Assembly (NCBI GenBank): GCA_000743035.1
Contig: CP008936.1
Span: forward strand, 1,140,001-1,172,000
Origin: Candidatus Paracaedimonas acanthamoebae
GTDB taxonomy: Bacteria > Pseudomonadota > Alphaproteobacteria > Caedimonadales > Caedimonadaceae
Direction: 5' to 3'
DNA: 32,000 nt
Shown in pieces: positions 26,213-32,000 of the stretch; within the stretch, counting starts at the first letter, position 1, and each line of letters opens with the position of its first letter. A program made the translations under genes and the position numbers. Below the pieces are notes generated by a model. The model searched no databases, was not told where the DNA came from, and worked only from the letters and a program-made list of their open reading frames with translations.

Positions 26213-26246
26213 CCTATAAAAAAAGGTTAAGCAATTGCTTAACCTT
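26213..26246 (-). terminator. rho-independent terminator (perfect 26-nt palindrome) downstream of the 26424..26903 gene
   Basis: The palindrome is AAAGGTTAAGCAATTGCTTAACCTTT. On the minus strand it is followed by TTTTTTTAT. On the plus strand the U tract is weaker, so it is mainly a minus-strand terminator. Confidence 0.65.
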
Positions 26247-26423
26247 TTTAACATTCTTCTTTTCCACCTTAGCGTAACAATTACTCTATTTCTTCAACTT
26301 TTATTAAAGAGGTTGAAAAGGTGTTTGAAATTTTTACAGAATATAACGTAAAATCAACGATCAACATTTCAGGTACAAAGAATTGATATTGACCATAATA
26401 CCAACCATTCCCAGGTATTGAAT

Positions 26424-26903
26424 TCAACATAGACGTGGGCTTTGATTCGTACATTGATATCCCTTGAAACCCTGTAAGCCCGGTGCTTGAAAATACTTTA
26501 AAATTTCTGACGCACTCTTAATCGCAAAATCATGAGGCTTAAAAGTCTCTTCTCTCCATCCAATAGGAACTGCGGCAAGTTGATAATATTGACCAGCATC
26601 AACATCTTCATAAACTGTGAATTTTGCAAAAGGTAAAGTATAATTTTGGCGCATTTTCTGCGCAAAATCTTTGACTGCCTCTTCTGTCTTTATTTTACTG
26701 AAATCGTCTGCATATCGCTTCGCTTGCTTAAATATTGGTGAATCTAAAAAAATACGAGGATATTCTTCTACGCGACAAAGATTCTCCAAGACTTTATGTA
26801 TCGAACCCCCCTTGAGATCTGTTTCAATCAAACTCGCCTCACTGAGGTTAGAGAAAAGTAAACTTCCCAAAGCAATCTTTAAAAGCAAAAACTTCTTCAT
26901 CAT
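26424..26903 (-). CDS. secreted hypothetical protein (159 aa from MMKKF)
   Basis: The track ORF extends to 26987, but the internal start gives a classic signal peptide, MMKKFLLLKIALGSLLFSNLSEA|S. No recognisable domain. Confidence 0.6.
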   Translation of the reverse strand: MMKKFLLLKIALGSLLFSNLSEASLIETDLKGGSIHKVLENLCRVEEYPRIFLDSPIFKQAKRYADDFSKIKTEEAVKDFAQKMRQNYTLPFAKFTVYEDVDAGQYYQLAAVPIGWREETFKPHDFAIKSASEILKYFQAPGLQGFKGYQCTNQSPRLC

Positions 26904-27014
26904 ATGATTCCTCTTAGTTATTGTGCTTATTAGTAATATAAGAGTTTGCTTGCGCTTTATAAGCGTCATTCTAAAAAATAAGTCCAATATCTTCTTTGCT
27001 CCTTGGTGTGGCCC

Positions 27015-27386
27015 TTACCCCCGCACCAACTGCTGGAATTCGAGCACAGCTTCTCGGGTAATGGCATCGTCTTTAAGGGCTATGTCCTGGCGAACAAATC
27101 GGAACAATCCTAAGCTATTAGGTTCAAGAAGCACCTTATAACCCTCCAATTTCTCCTTCAAAAACGCCACAATTCGATCCATCTCCTGGGGACCTTTATA
27201 AGTGCTGACAGCCTTAAGTGTAAACGTGATCGTCCCTTTGTCTACCTCAGGAAAAGACCATGCTTGGCCAGTTTCTTCATAAATCACATAAGGTGGCTTA
27301 GCATCGGGAGGCACAAAGCCATATAAAGAGACTTCCCCTTTCAAAAGAGCTTCAATGGCGGGAAAAATGGAAACTATGGTCATCAT
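27015..27386 (-). CDS. DUF3168-type phage/GTA tail-completion protein (RcGTA g8-like)
   Basis: Its size (123 aa) and its position directly after the head-tail adaptor, with an ATGA overlap, fit the family. The sequence style LYGFVPPDAKPPYVIYEE...TFTLKAVS resembles the DUF3168 proteins that follow the adaptor gene in alphaproteobacterial GTA clusters. Confidence 0.6.
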   Translation of the reverse strand: MMTIVSIFPAIEALLKGEVSLYGFVPPDAKPPYVIYEETGQAWSFPEVDKGTITFTLKAVSTYKGPQEMDRIVAFLKEKLEGYKVLLEPNSLGLFRFVRQDIALKDDAITREAVLEFQQLVRG

Positions 27387-27750
27387 CCGCCTCTTTCATG
27401 ATCTTTTAGAGCCACCCCACAAAACTGTTGCCATCCCCTATTGGGAAGATATTCTGCATCTTCAAGAATCGCATAAGACGTGCGCGTTCCTTTAAGACGC
27501 ATCCCAGCCTTAATGGAGATATCTCGGCGGGCTGAAAACACATAGATAGGCTGTCCAAGATATCTTGCGCCTAAACATGGCCACATGTCACATGACCCAC
27601 ACGCCGTCGCACAGGATGCAACATCTCGCGCTTTACCCATAGGCGTCCAACATCTTGCCAGTCTTCTTCAACCCCACCTTCATGATCCGGCAAAAGATGG
27701 CTTTGTTGCACAAGAATGAGCTCTTGCAAGCTGTTTAAGGATGACTTCAT
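27383..27750 (-). pseudogene. phage head-tail adaptor / head-closure protein (RcGTA g7-like), frame-broken
   Basis: N-terminal part, by hand translation from ATG 27750: MKSSLNSLQELILVQQSHLLPDHEGGVEEDWQDVGRLWVKRE..., which stops at 27571-27573. The C-terminal part is in another frame (track ORF 27383..27640: ...IYVFSARRDISIKAGMRLKGTRTSYAILEDAEYLPNRGWQQF...). Together they resemble one ~120-aa adaptor protein. Confidence 0.6.
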
Positions 27751-27773
27751 GATTGATCTACCTTTTCAGATGA

Positions 27774-28394
27774 TTATCCTAATCGTTGAACGCGATAAGG
27801 TAGAATCAATTGAATAGCAGCTGGACTTAAAGAGGGGGGCACGCCTCGATTATCATTGCTGGACACGCGATTCTCAAAAAGCTCTGCCACCATCATCAAG
27901 ATTCCATGCTGAATTGACTCAGGAATATCATTATGATTCAGGCCATAGCCTGCTTTAAAATCAATTTGAATCATGCTGTTTTTGCTGGCTTCGAGGCTTA
28001 ATGTCTTCCCGAAATAAAGCTTTGCAACACGTCCTGCGGTATCAAGACGATAATCTTTCAGCTCACATTGCCGATAGGAATCAATAAGCTTTGGACAACT
28101 CAAGAGTTCGACAAAGGGTGAGCGTGGCAGTTCGATGCCTTGCTCATGCTGACGATGATTACCTGTTAGAAAACCATTATCACTTTTAGCAATACAGAAG
28201 CCTGCATTCACAGTAAAACGCCAAGTTTGATAAATGAGCGAGCGGGCTGTGAATGCTTCAACGGCCATTCGTGCTGTTTTAATAAGATGCTTTAAAAGCT
28301 CATCTTCTTCAGAACTTTCAATCCTTAAAAAGGCTTTCACATCCGCCAAAGTAACGGGCTCTTTTCCTGGATGTTGTAATAATGTTAGACTCAT
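27774..28394 (-). CDS. phage gp6-like head-tail connector protein (RcGTA g6-like)
   Basis: The N-terminus (TLADVKAFLRIESSEEDELLKHLIKTARMAVEAFTARSLIYQTW) is the typical head-tail connector motif. The length of 206 aa and the position directly after the capsid gene also fit. Confidence 0.75.
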   Translation of the reverse strand: MSLTLLQHPGKEPVTLADVKAFLRIESSEEDELLKHLIKTARMAVEAFTARSLIYQTWRFTVNAGFCIAKSDNGFLTGNHRQHEQGIELPRSPFVELLSCPKLIDSYRQCELKDYRLDTAGRVAKLYFGKTLSLEASKNSMIQIDFKAGYGLNHNDIPESIQHGILMMVAELFENRVSSNDNRGVPPSLSPAAIQLILPYRVQRLG

Positions 28395-28520
28395 TTTTTT
28401 TATTTTCCTTTAAAGGTTATCTTAACGATAAGACTATTAAAAAATTATTACGTGCTTGAGGAATGATCCCTAAAACTTCATTTTTTGTAAAAGTTTAAAG
28501 GAGTTCCCTCTCATCCTTTT

Positions 28521-29639
28521 TTAAGCCGCGAATGAAATTACTTTAATCGCTTCAAAATTGATCACATCACCCCCCACTCGCTTTGTGGTATAAAATTCCA
28601 CATACGGTTTTGAGCTAAACGGATCCCGCATAATGCGCATGCCCGCGCGATCAACAATTTGATAGCCTTCTTTAAAGTTCCCAAAAACGATGGATTTAGA
28701 TGCCGTTCCAGCCACTAAAGCCGGCATGTCTTCAGCCAAGACAACGGGATAACCAAGCAACGTTGGACTGATCTCATCAGCTAAACCTGGCTGCCATAGA
28801 TATTGGTGATTTTGATCTTTGAGTTTGCGGACCATGGCATGAGCGGAGCGTGACATCAACCACACAGCCCCTTTTTGGTACTCAGGCTTTAAAGCATTCA
28901 TGGTCTCAATTAAGATATCCGCCGCATTTTCATCTCAGAAAGCCCCATCCTTCCCTGTCTTAATATGTTCAAGCTTACCCCACTCCCATTGAGCGCGATC
29001 TTTCGTTTCATAGCTTAAAAAGCCTTTAGGCTTATTATCACCATCCCCATGGATAAAGGCATGATTTTCCACCTGAGCGAGTTTTGTGGCAATCCGACCC
29101 GCAAGCCATGACTCAACATCAACCCGCGCATCATCCAACAGTTTCTGGGTTGCGCGCGGCTTTGCATAGAGTTCATGCACGGGAATGCGCAACTTCATCA
29201 AATTTGGCGTCTTTGTTTCTTTCCGCTCTGCTGTCTCAGTCACCCACCCCACTTCAGCGCCTTCTTTATCCAACAAGAGCTCAATCGCACTTGCTGAAAT
29301 TGTCATGACGGATGAGATGGCACGAATCGGCGATAAATCCTGTAAATTTCGTCCAATGCGATCTGCAACCACTTGAGGAATAAGATAGCCCCCATCACCC
29401 TCAACCCCAGCGGTTAAGCTTTTTGTCTCCGCGCATTCCAGCTGTTTTGATTCTCCTTGCCGAACATAGTTGAGTAATGCTTTCTTTTGTTCCGTTTCTC
29501 CGTAAGAAAGTGAACCACTCGTCTCAAACGCCGGTCGTTTGGAAGCCACCTCAAGATGACGGAATCGTTCTTCTTGGCTCGCTTTAAATTCGCCAAAGGC
29601 GTGTGTTAATGTATCAATTGCTTCATTGACTGTATTCAT
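28521..29639 (-). pseudogene. HK97-family major capsid protein (RcGTA g5-like) interrupted by a single in-frame TGA
   Basis: Track ORFs 28935..29639 and 28521..28901 are in the same frame, separated only by TGA at 28937-28935 (...GKDGAF*DENAADILIETMNALKPEYQKGAVWLMSRS...). Capsid motifs present: DGGYLIPQ, SPIRAIS, GWVTETAERKETKTP, PVHELYAKPRATQKLLDDARVDVESWL, ENHAFIHGDGDNKPKGFL, LWQPGL, GYPVVLAEDMP and FYTTKRVGGDVINFEAIK. Confidence 0.8.
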
Positions 29640-29934
29640 TTTTAGTCTTCCTGTTTTTTCGTTTTTTTAATTTTAGTGTGCTGTTAGGCACGTTTTTTGT
29701 TTTATGGTTTCATTAAAACCTTTTGTTTTTTTGTTTTTTGGTATGAGGTCAACCGTTAAGCCTTTTCCTCAAGTGTTATGCTCTACGTTCTTTATGACAT
29801 TTCTGCCTCCCTTTGTTTTTTATCGTTAGTCATTGTTCATCTACTTCGCTGTATCTTCTTTTCTCATTTCTGCCCCGTCCCTCTCCCGCGCGGTTAGGGA
29901 TCTTTTGACACCTTTCGATACTCACCTTTTCCAC

Positions 29935-30790
29935 CGTTCCTCTCCCGTAGAGTGAAGACATCCTGGCGCCTCTCAGCATCCTCTGGTTGCCTGAGATCCT
30001 TGGGACAAGCCCAAGGATGACAGGATAAGGTGGTCATTCTCGGGCGTGTCCCGAGAATCTCAAGTAACCGATAGGTCTCACCCATCACCACTCGATGCCT
30101 GTCTTCTTCACACTGCGCCTCTCACGCACAATGAGGACTCTTCTCTGGTACCTTTCAGCATCTCTTTGTTGCCTGAGATCCCCGCCTCCGCAAGGATGAC
30201 AAAGAAGAAGCCAGGGCTGACAAAAGAAAGGATTTTTCCTCTATCGGAGCCTTTCCATGACTTTCCTCGTTTCAAAAGGTAAAACCAGAAAAATTGTCCT
30301 CTCGTTGTCACTAACTTCACGCCTTTTCTTTTCCAACTCGTGCCTCTCACACACGGTTGAGGACTTCCTGTCCGTCCCCTTATTTGTCATTCCCGCGAAG
30401 GCGGGAATCCATCCTCTGTTTTTCGCAAGCGTGCCTCTCAGGCGCACTTGGGACCTTCTGGCACCTATGCACATCCTCAGGTTGCCTGAGATCCCCGGCA
30501 CAAGGCCGGGGATGACCGTGTGGTCGATATGTCTCAAGTTCATCAGTTTTAATTCTTTTGTTTCCAATCATTTTTTCTTCCTTCCTTTATTGTTTTCATT
30601 TCTATTTAGTCTTCACCAATGAATTTCAAATCCTTACATTCTCGTCATCCTAGGCCTTGTGCCTAGGATCTCAAGCGACCTGCAGGTCTCTCCTGTCACC
30701 ATTTGTTGTCCTTCGGTCCTTCCTGGATCCCCGCGTCTCGCCTCGACGTAGACAGGATCTCAGGGAGAACAAGAGAGAGGCTAGGAATGA
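29935..30790. repeat. hairpin-repeat array 2 (X3-Y4-X4-X5 variant-X6-spacer-Y5)
   Basis: Same module family as array 1. Hairpins: CCTTGGG-ACAAG-CCCAAGG (29998-30016), TTCTCGGG-CGTGT-CCCGAGAA (30038-30058), a decayed CCCCGCCTCCGCAAGG (~30180-30195), GTCATTCCCGCGAAGGCGGGAATCC (30386-30410), CCCCGGC-ACAAG-GCCGGGG (30493-30511) and CCTAGGC-CTTGT-GCCTAGG (30651-30669). Confidence 0.9.
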
Positions 30791-30858
30791 CAAACCAACA
30801 CCTTTCAATCCTCCTTATTTTCCACCAAACCCTCTCCTTTTCCGTGCCCAACTCGGCC

Positions 30859-31077
30859 TTTTCATCAGGCAAAGAGGGGGCATTTGCTCAAAAAGAGCGT
30901 TCATTGGCTTTTAATGAGCTTTTAGGGCTCAATTTTTAATCGGACGGATGGAGGGAATTTTTGAAGAGGATTGAGAGCTTTTTTAAAGGCCCGCAAGGAA
31001 GTAAATTTCATCTCTGACCATCTACTAATAGGCTACCATATCATGATACAAAAATCAAGAAAATTCGCCCCAAATAT
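30859..31077 (+). repeat. conserved array tail, copy 2 (paralogue of 25771..26007)
   Basis: Same start and end blocks, in the same orientation, as the tail of array 1. Confidence 0.8.
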
Positions 31078-31316
31078 GTATTATTTTATTGTTTTAAATC
31101 AAGTAGTTGAAAGAATATTTTAACTTACCTAAATCTTCCAGATAATATCGATAGTTAGGCGGTTTCGTTCTGCCACCTAAACATTTAAGAATTAAATGAT
31201 GTTTTAGAACTTAAAGCTCTTTTTTTGAAGAGCATCCCCCTTAAGATAAAATATTCCTAAGTTTCTCTATAAGGTCCTTTGCATAACCATAAAAGCCTTT
31301 TCCGGCATCTCCTAAA

Positions 31317-31678
31317 CTCCGCTTTCGCGGAGATAACAAGATGAAATCCGAGGATAACAAGAAAGAATGCCTGAATATGCGCTTTTACTTTTCCTCTCCT
31401 CTTCCAGCTCATGCCTGTCACACAATTAGAAGCTTCTGCTACCTTTCACAGCATCCTCTGGTGGCCTGAGACCCCGTCACAAGGCCGGGGATGACGATGG
31501 AGACGTTGCTTATCCTATGTTTTCCTTTCCAACATCCGTTCTTATGTTTTCTTTCTCCCCCAACCTGTGTCATCCTCGGGCTTGTCCCGAGAATCCCAAG
31601 CGACCGGAAGACCTATCCCGGCCCCAATCAATGCCTTTCCTTCAGTATTCTCTGGATCCCCGCCTGTGCGAGGATGAC
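31317..31678. repeat. hairpin-repeat array 3 (extra hairpin + X7 + short spacer + Y6)
   Basis: Contains CTCCGC-TTTC-GCGGAG (31317-31332) and an X module ending in a decayed hairpin, GAGACCCCGTCACAAGGCCGGGGATGAC (~31468-31495). A ~74-nt spacer follows. The Y module is GTCATCCTCGGGCTTGTCCCGAGAATCCCAAG (31569-31600) ... CTGGATCCCCGCCTGTGCGAGGATGAC (~31652-31678). Confidence 0.85.
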
Positions 31679-31834
31679 CTAACAGAGCTTTTTTGTCTCT
31701 AACAACACCATGTTTATTTCTTATTCATCACGCTTTTTTGACATTTTAGGATTACCTATGATGAAAAAAATGAGATATAAAACTTTTATCGCAACAAACG
31801 AGATAAAAAGCAATAAAATCAAGCACTTTTATAC

Positions 31835-31863
31835 TTGCATTTCCAATAAGAGCTCGCTATGAT
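31835..31863 (+). promoter_or_regulatory. sigma70-like promoter candidate (TTGCAT-N17-TATGAT) in front of element copy 2
   Basis: TTGCAT at 31835-31840, a 17-nt spacer, and TATGAT at 31858-31863. AT-rich DNA produces such matches by chance, so this is weak on its own. The paralogous copy at 3.7 kb has comparable boxes at the same relative position. Confidence 0.3.
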
Positions 31864-31869
31864 GTTTTT

Positions 31870-31982
31870 AGATAGGTAGCTGGGGGCTGCCAAAGCGTTC
31901 ACTAAAGATCCTAGCAAGTTAGGGGAGGGAGCTTTAGATAAAAAAACAGGGAAGGCTTAAAGATTTAACATCACCCCCACCA
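31870..31982 (+). ncRNA. candidate small RNA or MITE-like element, copy 2 (paralogue of 3626..3750 minus strand)
   Basis: Roughly 70% identity to the reverse complement of 3626-3750. GGGGG (31882-31886) and CCCCC (31974-31978) could close a long stem. The local hairpin GGTAGC-TGGGG-GCTGCC (31875-31891) differs from copy 1 (GGCAGC-AGGGG-GCTGCC) by a change that stays paired (G-U) only in this transcription sense. Confidence 0.3.
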
Positions 31983-32000
31983 ATTTCTTAAGTTTTTCAT

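Noticed and set aside
28935-28937. TGA reassigned to Trp (genetic code 4) or to selenocysteine, as an explanation for the in-frame stop in the capsid gene.
   Set aside because: TGA terminates at least three other plausible ORFs here (ends at 5683, 14955 and 26424). No other gene in the window needs TGA readthrough. I see no convincing SECIS-like hairpin immediately downstream. A nonsense mutation or low-level readthrough is more parsimonious.
24941-31678. Interpretation of the arrays as CRISPR.
   Set aside because: The sequences between the hairpins are themselves conserved between units, so they are not unique spacers. The hairpins occur in both orientations, spacing is 55-130 nt, the repeat sequences vary, and no cas genes are present in the window.
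24941-31678. Interpretation of the arrays as integron attC sites, a DGR template/variable repeat pair, or a retron msr/msd.
   Set aside because: There is no integrase or reverse transcriptase gene in the window. The differences between copies are not adenine-specific. The hairpin flanks do not match the attC R'/R'' core sites as I remember them.
29894-31702. Track ORFs inside arrays 2 and 3 and the tail (29894..30091, 30046..30282, 30108..30350, 30241..30567, 30257..30622, 30380..30571, 30657..30914, 30703..30939, 31491..31682, 31517..31702).
   Set aside because: Same reasons as for array 1. They are mutually overlapping on both strands and contain palindrome-derived peptides (IPAFAGMT, RLRGNDK, LDPRVSP, IPACARMT). 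No coding periodicity is apparent.
31870-31982. Identification of the GGGGG...CCCCC element as SRP (4.5S) RNA or tmRNA.
   Set aside because: The ends resemble 4.5S RNA, but the conserved SRP helix-8 motif is missing. There is no tRNA-like T-arm (GGTTCGA) or tag reading frame as expected for tmRNA. Two diverged copies of such essential RNAs would also be unexpected.

Overview
The window looks like an AT-rich alphaproteobacterium, possibly an intracellular Holosporales/Rickettsiales-like lineage; that taxon call is an inference from synteny and composition. It splits into two parts.

Bases 1-17,200 are ordinary low-GC chromosome. My hand counts on 60-nt samples of coding sequence give about 32-40% GC. 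This part holds a partial POT peptide transporter, a heme-oxygenase-like redox-enzyme candidate, a LysR regulator, tRNA-Arg(CCU), the block dusB / Fis-like HTH / ntrY / ntrX / trkA, and a stress-type neighbourhood. That neighbourhood contains an XRE-HTH::receiver hybrid regulator, a SemiSWEET-like protein, a DUF883/ElaB-like protein, a host-attachment-family protein, a BON lipoprotein and a PAS histidine kinase.

Bases 17,273-31,700 look accessory.
(a) An intact 7.3-kb, about 48-57% GC ORF encodes a 2,435-aa FhaB/CdiA-like protein. I could find no TPS domain, no TpsB partner gene and no immunity gene. Its C-terminal 'toxin slot' is occupied by a complete class II aldolase/adducin-head domain.
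(b) Three arrays of a modular, orientation-alternating hairpin repeat family have conserved flanks (GTCATCC ... GGATCTCAAG) and compensatory stem variation.
(c) Two of these arrays end in the same roughly 220-240-bp tail. They bracket a 4-kb segment that carries a secreted hypothetical protein and a decaying RcGTA-like head module. In that module the capsid gene has one in-frame TGA, the head-tail adaptor is frame-broken, and the connector and DUF3168 genes are intact.

A roughly 115-nt element bounded by GGGGG...CCCCC occurs twice in inverted orientation, at about 3.7 kb and 31.9 kb. Each copy sits behind sigma70-like boxes, so it is a candidate sRNA or MITE.

All family assignments come from reading motifs by eye. 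No searches were run.
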